From IMG/VR virus record IMGVR_UViG_3300046331_000154: a stretch of DNA of 16,737 nt; one strand, given 5' to 3'. Within the stretch, counting starts at the first letter, position 1; every line of letters begins with the position of its first letter. The DNA comes from a virus (taxonomy: Duplodnaviria > Heunggongvirae > Uroviricota > Caudoviricetes > Crassvirales). Below, one piece after another: positions 6,568 through 14,916 of the stretch. Position numbers and translations under genes: made by a program. Below the pieces are notes generated by a model. It ran no database searches. It saw nothing but the letters and a program-made list of their open reading frames with translations, and was not told the origin of the DNA.

Positions 6568-8139
6568 ATGGAAGTAAAAACAGTAGGCAATATAACAATT
6601 GATAAAAAACTTACTAGAAAAATTAAAAATTCAGAAAATGAATATGGTTACTATAAAATAGGAGATATTTATCAAAAAAATTCTGGAGATTGTTATTCAA
6701 TAAATAATATATTTTATACAATTCAAAAAGGAAGAATTGTTTGGGATGAACAATTAAATCAATATGTACTCAAAACTTCTACGTTTGAAGGTATTATAAA
6801 TGTTAATTTAGAGAGGGGTTTTTTTAATAAAGAACTATCTAAAACTGTAATTGTTTATTTAAACAAAGAACCAATTTCTGATTTATGTATATCTGCACAA
6901 GTTGCAGAAAATTTAAATTTAATTGAAGGAGAAAATAATACATATTATAATCCTCAATATTATTCATATGAGCAGATTTTACCTAGAAGAATGATTGATA
7001 AAAATTATAAAAATTCTTTACCTTATAATTTTAAATATTGGATGAAAGAATGTTCCGATTCTTTTTTAAAATTTAAAATTGTTGAAAATAAAAATACAGA
7101 ACACATTTATTATCAACTTTCATCAATGTTATCTAAATACACTTTTGGTGTAGAACTAGAAACCACAAAAGGTATGATTCCAACACATTTATATGAAAAT
7201 TTAGGTGTTAGACCTGTAAGAGATGGTTCAATAAATGGTTTGGAATATGTTACAATTCCATTAACTGGTAAAAAAGGATTGTATGTATTTATTGAAATTA
7301 TTAAATTAATTAATAAATACACTTCTTCTGATTATAGTTGTTCAATGCATATTCATGTTGGTAATATTCCTAGAACAATGGAATTTATTATATCAATGTT
7401 TAAAACAATATATCACTTACAAGATGAAATATACAGAATGTTTCCACTGTATAAAAGATATAATGATGGTATAAAAAGACAATGTTATACCGCACCTTTT
7501 TGTTCTTATTTAATGTCTTCTTTAAATAATAAATATAACACAGTTGGAGATGTTGAAACAGACTATCAAAAAATTGTATATGATTTATCTGGAAAACATG
7601 ATGATTATTATAACTTTAAAAGTTTAGAAAGTATTGAAAATCATCCTTACGATGCTTCAGATAATTCTAAATGGAATGTTAAATCTAGATATAAAATTGT
7701 AAATTTAATACCACTTATTTTTACAAATAAACAAACTGTAGAATATCGAATTTTTACTGTACCCGATACTGTCGATAAGGCTATAAATTTTTTAACAATG
7801 GTTTTATCTATTACGGATTATGTTTGTAGATATCAAGACACTATTTTACAAAAAAATAGTACTTCACCAGTTACAAATCTTCGTAAAATATTTAAAAACA
7901 CTTTAAATTCTAGTAATAAACAATTAGATTTGTTAGAAGAACGAAAATATTTAGTAACTAATCATATTAGTCAAAAAGGTGGATTTTTTGAAGAAAAAGA
8001 TATTAAATTAATAAATAATGAAAGAAATGATAAATACCGTTTTGAAAACATGGTACCACCCATTGTTGATATCTCAGAACTTAATGATATCTACCAAAGA
8101 TTGCACGTCGGATCTGGCATTATCTCTCAAATACAATAA
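6568..8139 (+). CDS. Putative amidoligase enzyme (COOH-NH2 ligase, Amidoligase_2-like)
   Basis: Motifs TFGVELET, RDGSINGLEYVT, CSMHIHVG, SRYKIVNL and TVEYRIF, preceded by about 190 aa of unassigned N-terminal sequence. Confidence 0.85.
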   Translation: MEVKTVGNITIDKKLTRKIKNSENEYGYYKIGDIYQKNSGDCYSINNIFYTIQKGRIVWDEQLNQYVLKTSTFEGIINVNLERGFFNKELSKTVIVYLNKEPISDLCISAQVAENLNLIEGENNTYYNPQYYSYEQILPRRMIDKNYKNSLPYNFKYWMKECSDSFLKFKIVENKNTEHIYYQLSSMLSKYTFGVELETTKGMIPTHLYENLGVRPVRDGSINGLEYVTIPLTGKKGLYVFIEIIKLINKYTSSDYSCSMHIHVGNIPRTMEFIISMFKTIYHLQDEIYRMFPLYKRYNDGIKRQCYTAPFCSYLMSSLNNKYNTVGDVETDYQKIVYDLSGKHDDYYNFKSLESIENHPYDASDNSKWNVKSRYKIVNLIPLIFTNKQTVEYRIFTVPDTVDKAINFLTMVLSITDYVCRYQDTILQKNSTSPVTNLRKIFKNTLNSSNKQLDLLEERKYLVTNHISQKGGFFEEKDIKLINNERNDKYRFENMVPPIVDISELNDIYQRLHVGSGIISQIQ

Positions 8140-8755
8140 AAATAATTTTGAAAATATTATTAAATATTTAAATGCACAATACGAACTTTCTAAGTTTGTG
8201 TTTAATGGTATAAAAATATATCCTGAAAAAAACAAAGTATTTAATTGTTTTAATTGTGATTTTACTAAATTAAAAGTTGTATTTATAGGTAAAAAACCCT
8301 TTGATGAATATTCAGAGGGTTTGGCTTTTGATAGTAGTGATAAAAAAATAAGATTACACCCTGTTTCAGAATTATTTAGAACATATATTGAACATACTTT
8401 TCATGACGGTTTTAATTTAAATCATGATGGAGAATTTAAATATCTTGTAGAACAAGGTGTATTATTATTAAATGAAAGTTTAACAAGTTGTACAAAAAAA
8501 GATCACTCAGAATTATGGGAACCATTTTTCATACATGTGATAAATACAATACAAAAACATCATACAGGTATAATATTTTGTATGAATGAAGAAAGTAAAC
8601 ATTTAAATTTAATTGATACAAAATTAAATTATTTATTAACATTTAAAGACCCTGAAAAACATGTTAACAATATGGGACAGTGGGGATTTGATTTTAAACA
8701 AATAAATGATATATTAATTAAAAATAATGGAGAAGAATATAAAATTAATTTTTAA
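8018..8755 (+). CDS. Uracil-DNA glycosylase (family 1)-like protein with degenerate active site
   Basis: Scaffold motifs IYPEKNKVF, LKVVFIG, GLAF, QGVLLLN and LWEPF are present. GQDPY is replaced by GKKPF and there is no HPSP motif. The start (8018, 8027 or 8084) lies inside the upstream gene. Confidence 0.75.
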   Translation: MKEMINTVLKTWYHPLLISQNLMISTKDCTSDLALSLKYNKNNFENIIKYLNAQYELSKFVFNGIKIYPEKNKVFNCFNCDFTKLKVVFIGKKPFDEYSEGLAFDSSDKKIRLHPVSELFRTYIEHTFHDGFNLNHDGEFKYLVEQGVLLLNESLTSCTKKDHSELWEPFFIHVINTIQKHHTGIIFCMNEESKHLNLIDTKLNYLLTFKDPEKHVNNMGQWGFDFKQINDILIKNNGEEYKINF

Positions 8756-8767
8756 AACTATTATGAT

Positions 8768-8857
8768 ATGAAATTATTTTTTGCTTTTATATTAAGTATA
8801 ATATTTTTATGTATAATTTATAAAATTATAATTATAATTGAAAAATGGTTAAAATAA
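8768..8857 (+). CDS. Small hydrophobic protein (29 aa)
   Basis: MKLFFAFILSIIFLCIIYKIIIIIEKWLK*. Fills the gap and overlaps the next ATG by 13 nt. Confidence 0.45.
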   Translation: MKLFFAFILSIIFLCIIYKIIIIIEKWLK

Positions 8858-9264
8858 AAAAAGAAAAAATTATTATTCCTAAACCACGTAATAATGGTAC
8901 AATGACAGAAAGTGCTTTCTGGAGTTTTATAAGATCTTCAATAAGAAAAGCGAGTATGTATTGGAAACCACTACAACAGTGTAAAATTGATGCTAGAAGA
9001 CCTTATAAAGGTACTAATAATCGTCAAAAGTGGGAATATAATTGTGCAGAATGTAAAAGTTGGTTTATGGAAAAAGAAATTCAAATAGACCATATTATTG
9101 ATGCTGGAAGTTTAAAATCAGGTGATGATTTAAAAGGATTTGTAGAACGATGTTTTGTAGAAGCTGGTGGTTATCAAGTGTTGTGTAAACCTTGTCATCA
9201 AATTAAAACAAATTTAGTTAGAGAAAATAATAAATTACTAAAAGAAAATGAAATTAACAACTAG
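8845..9264 (+). CDS. Phage HNH endonuclease (Zn-binding)
   Basis: CAEC and CKPC Cys pairs flank IQIDHI; C-terminal CHQIKT; N-terminal FIRSSIRK. Confidence 0.85.
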   Translation: MVKIKKEKIIIPKPRNNGTMTESAFWSFIRSSIRKASMYWKPLQQCKIDARRPYKGTNNRQKWEYNCAECKSWFMEKEIQIDHIIDAGSLKSGDDLKGFVERCFVEAGGYQVLCKPCHQIKTNLVRENNKLLKENEINN

Positions 9265-10549
9265 AGAAGATTCTAAAAATTATGCGTGTAGTATAGTTGA
9301 AATTAAAAAAATATTTCCAATTGAAAATGCAGATAACATTGTTAGAACGGTAATTAATGGTAATAATGTTGTAATATCTAAAGATGTTATTGTAGGTTCT
9401 AAAATGTTATATTTTTGTTCTGGAACTAAATTATCAGAAATGTTCTGTTATCATAATAATTTATATGATAAACAAGAAAATAATTTAGATGATACAAAAA
9501 AAGGATTTATTAGTTTTAAACAACGTCGTGTAAAAGCTCTTAAATTAAGAGGGATTATTTCTGATGGTATGTTATTATCTATTCCAAGTTTAAGTTATTT
9601 AAATATACCTTGCACTTTAAAATTAGGAGATGAATTTACAGATATTAATGATGTTAATATTTGTGAAAAGTATATTGTTTATATACCAGTATCTAAAAAT
9701 AACAACAAACAACAAAAATCTGTAAAATTAAGTAGACTTATTGACAATCAATTTTATCTACATGATGATACAGATAATTTACGTAAAAATATACATAAAT
9801 TAAATCCTGACGATATTGTAGGCATTCATTATAAAAAACATGGTACATCTATTGTAATTGGAAACGTTCAAACTAAAAGACAATTATCTTGGATTGAAAA
9901 AATAGCTAAAAAATTAAAAATTAAAATAGATGAAATAAAATATGATATTGTTTATTCATCTAGAAAAGTTATTAAAAATGGTTATTTAAATCCTACACAA
10001 AATGAAGGATATTATGGTGAAGATATTTGGGGAATAGTAGCTAAAGAAGTTGGTCATTTAATTCCTAAAAATTGGACATTATATGGTGAAGTCTTGGGTT
10101 ACACACCTTCAGGAAATGCTATTCAAGGTAAATATGATTATGGTTGTAAAACAGATGAACATAAATTTTATGTTTATAAAATATCGGTTGTAAATACTGA
10201 TGGAAATGTAATTTATCTCACAGATAAACAAATTGGAGAATATTGTGAAAAAACAGGGTTATTATATAACGACACATTTATTCACTATGGTGTTGCTAAA
10301 TGTGTTTATCCAGATTTAAATATTGACAATCACTGGCACGAAAATTTTATTGAAAAATTAGAAAAAGATTTTAATGAAAAAAATTGCTGTATGTGTGTCA
10401 ATAAAGTTCCTGAAGAAGGAATTATTTTAAGAATAGAAAAACTTGAACAATATGAAGCTTATAAACTTAAATCTAAAAGATTTTTATTAATGGAATCTGA
10501 TGAACAAGAAAAAGAAATTAGTAATATAGAAGATAATCAAGATGAGTAA
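9248..10549 (+). CDS. ATP-dependent RNA ligase (Rnl2/DRB0094-like with N-terminal OB-like domain)
   Basis: N-terminal IFPIENADNI and KLRGIISDGML; nucleotidyltransferase motifs KKHGTS, LYGEV, FYVYKI, EEGIILR and YKLKS. Confidence 0.85.
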   Translation: MKLTTREDSKNYACSIVEIKKIFPIENADNIVRTVINGNNVVISKDVIVGSKMLYFCSGTKLSEMFCYHNNLYDKQENNLDDTKKGFISFKQRRVKALKLRGIISDGMLLSIPSLSYLNIPCTLKLGDEFTDINDVNICEKYIVYIPVSKNNNKQQKSVKLSRLIDNQFYLHDDTDNLRKNIHKLNPDDIVGIHYKKHGTSIVIGNVQTKRQLSWIEKIAKKLKIKIDEIKYDIVYSSRKVIKNGYLNPTQNEGYYGEDIWGIVAKEVGHLIPKNWTLYGEVLGYTPSGNAIQGKYDYGCKTDEHKFYVYKISVVNTDGNVIYLTDKQIGEYCEKTGLLYNDTFIHYGVAKCVYPDLNIDNHWHENFIEKLEKDFNEKNCCMCVNKVPEEGIILRIEKLEQYEAYKLKSKRFLLMESDEQEKEISNIEDNQDE

Positions 10550-11462
10550 AAAGTTAATAATTACTGTAGGATGTTCAGGCAGTGGTAAATCTACTTGGAC
10601 ACATCGAGAATGGTTAAAAAATCCAAACAATATTGTTATTGTAAATAGAGATAAAATACGAGAATTATTATTTGGATATACAGAAACTAATGTTAATGAG
10701 TATTATCAAAGAAAAGATTTAAATAAACTTGAAAAACAAGTTACTAAATATGAAGATACTTTAATAAATGAAGGTTTGTGTGAAAATAAAACGGTTATTG
10801 TTGATGCTACACATTTACAAGAAAAATATATTAAACGTTTTGAATATTGGAATGTATTAACAGAAATTATATGGTTTCATATAGAATTAGAACATGTGTT
10901 AATTTTAAATAAACAACGTGTTCGACAAGTTGATGAACAAATAATTAAAAAACAACATTTTCAATTTTTACAAATATATGAAAAATTAAAAAATTATAAA
11001 TTTAGTAAAACACAAATATTTAATGATTTTACAAAACCTAATTGTTGGATATTTGATATTGATGGTACTTTAGCACATGCTAATGGTAGAAATCCTTATA
11101 ATGAAACTAATGTTTTTAATGATTTAGTAGATTATTCTTTAGTAGAAATATTTAGATCATTATCAAGTATAAACATACAAAATATTGAAGAACCTTTATT
11201 TTTTTGCTCAGGACGTTCTGAAAAATGTAGAAAAGATACTGAAAAATGGTTAAATTATCATATTCAAGATATTGTTCCTTACAAATTATTTATGCGTAAA
11301 GAAAATGATAATAGACCAGATTATGTTGTTAAAAAAGAAATGTATGGAGAAATAACTAAAACAAATTATATTGCTGGTATTTTTGATGATAGATTACAAG
11401 TTGTTAGATATGCAAGATCTTTAGGATTAAAAGTATTAAATGTAGAATATAATAATTTTTAA
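10542..11462 (+). CDS. pseT: Polynucleotide 5'-kinase/3'-phosphatase (T4 PseT-like)
   Basis: P-loop GCSGSGKST, NRD and VDAT in the kinase domain; HAD phosphatase motifs DIDGTL, SGR and FDDR. Confidence 0.92.
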   Translation: MSKKLIITVGCSGSGKSTWTHREWLKNPNNIVIVNRDKIRELLFGYTETNVNEYYQRKDLNKLEKQVTKYEDTLINEGLCENKTVIVDATHLQEKYIKRFEYWNVLTEIIWFHIELEHVLILNKQRVRQVDEQIIKKQHFQFLQIYEKLKNYKFSKTQIFNDFTKPNCWIFDIDGTLAHANGRNPYNETNVFNDLVDYSLVEIFRSLSSINIQNIEEPLFFCSGRSEKCRKDTEKWLNYHIQDIVPYKLFMRKENDNRPDYVVKKEMYGEITKTNYIAGIFDDRLQVVRYARSLGLKVLNVEYNNF

Positions 11463-11735
11463 ATGAATATAGTAAAATTAAGTGACACTGCAAAAAGTGT
11501 ACTAAATACTACAAATTATGAAATATTAATGGCACATATTAATAATCGTAATTTAAACAATGCTCGAATATTTATAGAAGATAAAATTGATGAAATTATA
11601 TTTTCAACAAGATTGGATTCTTTAGGATATAGACATGAAAAAATACTTAAACTTAAAGAAGTTGATAGTATTATAACACAAGAAATAATTAACAAAATAG
11701 ATGTAAATGGAGCAGCAACAATTAGTATCCAATAA
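11463..11735 (+). CDS. Hypothetical protein (90 aa)
   Basis: ATG directly abuts the pseT stop; the ORF overlaps the next gene by 29 nt. Confidence 0.7.
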   Translation: MNIVKLSDTAKSVLNTTNYEILMAHINNRNLNNARIFIEDKIDEIIFSTRLDSLGYRHEKILKLKEVDSIITQEIINKIDVNGAATISIQ

Positions 11736-12741
11736 TATATCATATTCATTATTAAAATCATTTGATGAACATGGTCCAAAAGCTTTAGTTGAACGACAAA
11801 CTGTTTACAATAAAGGTATAGATTTTGGTAGTAAGCTAGATGATTTTATCAGTTTACCTAAAGAAGCATTTAATGAAAAATATTTAATAGTTCAAAATAC
11901 ATTAGATGGTGATTTGTTTAAATTAGCTGAAATTATTGTAAATATTGAAAATGTAAATATTGATGTATTTATAGAACCTTTTATTGAAGGAGTAACACTC
12001 ACAAATAAAATTGTAGTTATTAATCAACTTGCAATGGAAGCGGAGTTATTTAAACGTATTAAATTAGATACTTCTAGAATCAAAAAGTTTGATACACCAG
12101 AATTTTATGAATTTATTGAATTTATGTATAATAATAAAAATAAAGAATTTATAACACCTGATGAACATAGTAAATTATTAGTTTGTCAAAGTAGTTTGTT
12201 TAATCATAAATCTACTAAAAAGTATTTTAATTGCGGTGGTAATGTTGAAGAAATTTATCAATTAGAATTAAATTTTGAATATAAAAATAAAAATATAAAA
12301 TGTATTTTAGATAAAGTAATTATAAATCATAATAATAAAACTATTCAACCAATTGATTTAAAATCTGGTAGTGTAAGTTCTAAAGAGTTTATGTCTAATT
12401 TTTTTAAATTTAAATATTATTTACAAGGTACCTTATATAATGCGGGAGTGTTTAATGAATATAAAAAGTTAATAAATGCAAATTATGAATTATTACCATT
12501 TAAATATATTTATTTACCAACTTTTGATTATAACAATCCTAAAACATTTATTTTAACTGAAAAATGGGAACATGCTGCATGGCAAGGATTTACAACTAAT
12601 TCTGGATATAAATATAGAGGTATTACCGAATTAGTTGATGAAATTAATTGGCATATTAAACATCAAATTTTTAATGAAACAAGAGAGTTTTATGAAAATT
12701 TAGAAATAGAACTGGACGATAGTTTTATAAATTTAATTTAA
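11707..12741 (+). CDS. PD-(D/E)XK nuclease (DUF3799/RecE/Cas4-like exonuclease)
   Basis: N-terminal ISYSLLKSF and GSKLD; catalytic-type KCILDK, IDLKS and YYLQGTLY. Confidence 0.8.
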   Translation: MEQQQLVSNNISYSLLKSFDEHGPKALVERQTVYNKGIDFGSKLDDFISLPKEAFNEKYLIVQNTLDGDLFKLAEIIVNIENVNIDVFIEPFIEGVTLTNKIVVINQLAMEAELFKRIKLDTSRIKKFDTPEFYEFIEFMYNNKNKEFITPDEHSKLLVCQSSLFNHKSTKKYFNCGGNVEEIYQLELNFEYKNKNIKCILDKVIINHNNKTIQPIDLKSGSVSSKEFMSNFFKFKYYLQGTLYNAGVFNEYKKLINANYELLPFKYIYLPTFDYNNPKTFILTEKWEHAAWQGFTTNSGYKYRGITELVDEINWHIKHQIFNETREFYENLEIELDDSFINLI

Positions 12742-12759
12742 ATAATTACGGAGACGAGA

Positions 12760-13317
12760 ATGAATGACATAATGAAAATGGCTCCAAATAGATCTAAAAC
12801 TTATTTATTACCTTTAATATTAGAATTTTTTAATTTACCTGAAAGTATTTCACACAATTTTGTGAATTGTTTTATTTCAGATAAAGATAATATACATCAA
12901 AATTGTATATATTTATTATACAATTACGATATAAAAAATCCTAGTTTTACACATTTTGAATATCAATTAAGTAAAACTAACGATTATATAACACATTATG
13001 ATTTAAAAAATAATTTAATATTATTTGTTTTAAAATTTCCAATTGATTATATTGATGAATATTATTGTTATAAAAACAGTGAATATTCTAAATATGGTGA
13101 CGACGCTAAAAAAATAATTCTTAATTATTATAAAAAACGCAATATACCACAAAAAGTATATTTGAAAATAAAAAACGTTTTATATCGTGATCCAATATTA
13201 AAATTAGAAATTGAACAAATGTTGGGAGTAAAGTTATCAAATGACTCAGAATTAGGAGAGATAGTAGATGATATATCTGAAACAATAGATATACACAATA
13301 ATATAAATAATATATGA
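12760..13317 (+). CDS. Hypothetical phage protein (185 aa)
   Basis: Intact ORF with an ATGA overlap into the next gene. No catalytic motif recognised. Confidence 0.75.
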   Translation: MNDIMKMAPNRSKTYLLPLILEFFNLPESISHNFVNCFISDKDNIHQNCIYLLYNYDIKNPSFTHFEYQLSKTNDYITHYDLKNNLILFVLKFPIDYIDEYYCYKNSEYSKYGDDAKKIILNYYKKRNIPQKVYLKIKNVLYRDPILKLEIEQMLGVKLSNDSELGEIVDDISETIDIHNNINNI

Positions 13318-13730
13318 ATTTAAAATATAAAAAATTAAATGATTCTGTAATAACTCCATCTTATACAAAAGATGGAGATGCGGGATTAAATTTAATAGCA
13401 ACATCTATTGTAAAAAATACTTTTTTTGAAGTGTGGTACAATACGGATATTGCAATAGAAATACCCAAAGGACATTTTGGTATGTTAGTTTCTAAAAATT
13501 CTATTACAAATGATGCGTCGTTAGTAATGAGTAATAGTTTAGGGATAATTGATCCAGGATTTAGAGGGGGTATTCAAATACGTTTTAATAAAACATTAAA
13601 AGGTATTTTTAATAAAAAAAAATATAAAATTGGTGATAAAATTGCACAATTAATAATTGTACCATTTGAAACAGCAACTCTAAATAAAGCATTGTATTTA
13701 TCTAAAACACAACGTGGAACAATAAATTAA
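13314..13730 (+). CDS. dut: Trimeric dUTPase-like protein, degenerate and lacking most of motif V
   Basis: GDAGLNL (motif I), SKNS (II), GIIDPGFRG (III), GDKIAQL (IV) and TQRGTIN* (truncated V). Confidence 0.85.
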   Translation: MNLKYKKLNDSVITPSYTKDGDAGLNLIATSIVKNTFFEVWYNTDIAIEIPKGHFGMLVSKNSITNDASLVMSNSLGIIDPGFRGGIQIRFNKTLKGIFNKKKYKIGDKIAQLIIVPFETATLNKALYLSKTQRGTIN

Positions 13731-13734
13731 AAAT

Positions 13735-14916
13735 ATGACAAATGATATAGGTAAAATATGTAGAAATTTAATGCAAAGACAGACTTTTTATGGTCTTTTT
13801 TTATTAAATTTAAATAAAGAATTTTCAACTAGTTTACCAACTGCTGGTGTAGGATTAAATGGTATAAATCAAATGTTATATATTAATCCTGAATTTTGGG
13901 ATAAATTATCTGATAAACATAAAGAAGGATTGTTAATTCACGAATTATTACATATTTGTTTTTTTCATTTAACAATGAGAAATAGTTTTGTAGATAAAAA
14001 ATTATTTAATATTGCCGCTGATTTAGAAATTAATCAATATATTGACAATGATTATTTACCCGATGGCGCTATTGTAATGACTAGTTTTCCAACATTAACA
14101 TTAGAATTAAAAGCTGGAACTAATTATTATTATCAAAAATTATTAGAAAATAATAATTCTAAAGATCCTGATCCAGGATTACAATCTTTAATGGGTGGTC
14201 AAAGTGGTCCACCTACAGATGGTGATGGTGATTTACATCCTACTTGGAAAGAATTTGAAAATCTCACAGATACTGAAAAAAAATTAATTCAAAATCAAGT
14301 AGAACACATTCTTAAAGAATCTGCAACACAAATTACTAAATCTAGAGGAACTATTCCTGGAGAATTAAAATCTTTAATTGATGAATTATTTAAAATTACA
14401 GAAGAAGTTTTTAATTGGAAAGCTTATTTTAGAAGAAAAATGGGTTGTTCATCAGAAGTATATACAAAAAAATCTCGTAGAAAAATGTCTAAGAGATTTG
14501 AAGATAATGCTGGAATTAAAATTAAACAAAAACATCATATTTTAGTTGCTGTTGACACATCAGGTTCTGTTAGTAATGCAGAACTATTAGAATTTTTTAG
14601 TGAAATACATCATATTTATAAAGCAGGTGCATCAGTTACAATTATAGAATGTGATACTAAAATTAATGATATTTATGAATACAAAGGTAAATTTAAAGGA
14701 AGTGTTGTAGGACGTGGGGGTACAGATTTTACACCACCTGTTGAATATTATAATAAACATAAAAATAAATTTACAACACTTGTGTTTTTCACCGATGGTT
14801 ATGCACCAGTTGAGTGTAAACCACACAAACAAATGATGTGGGTTATATCATCCGCAGGAACAGAAGATCTTGGATTATTTCCAGGTTATAAAATTAAAAT
14901 ACCTAAAATAAATTAA
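13735..14916 (+). CDS. DUF2201-like protein: HExxH metallopeptidase-like N-domain plus vWA domain
   Basis: HELLH followed by NIAADLEINQ; vWA MIDAS-type motifs VDTSGS, GRGGTDF and FTDGY. Confidence 0.88.
   Translation: MTNDIGKICRNLMQRQTFYGLFLLNLNKEFSTSLPTAGVGLNGINQMLYINPEFWDKLSDKHKEGLLIHELLHICFFHLTMRNSFVDKKLFNIAADLEINQYIDNDYLPDGAIVMTSFPTLTLELKAGTNYYYQKLLENNNSKDPDPGLQSLMGGQSGPPTDGDGDLHPTWKEFENLTDTEKKLIQNQVEHILKESATQITKSRGTIPGELKSLIDELFKITEEVFNWKAYFRRKMGCSSEVYTKKSRRKMSKRFEDNAGIKIKQKHHILVAVDTSGSVSNAELLEFFSEIHHIYKAGASVTIIECDTKINDIYEYKGKFKGSVVGRGGTDFTPPVEYYNKHKNKFTTLVFFTDGYAPVECKPHKQMMWVISSAGTEDLGLFPGYKIKIPKIN

Noticed and set aside
13710-13740. Programmed frameshift restoring dUTPase motif V
   Set aside because: No frame downstream of CGT GGA encodes GGFGS-like residues before the next gene starts.
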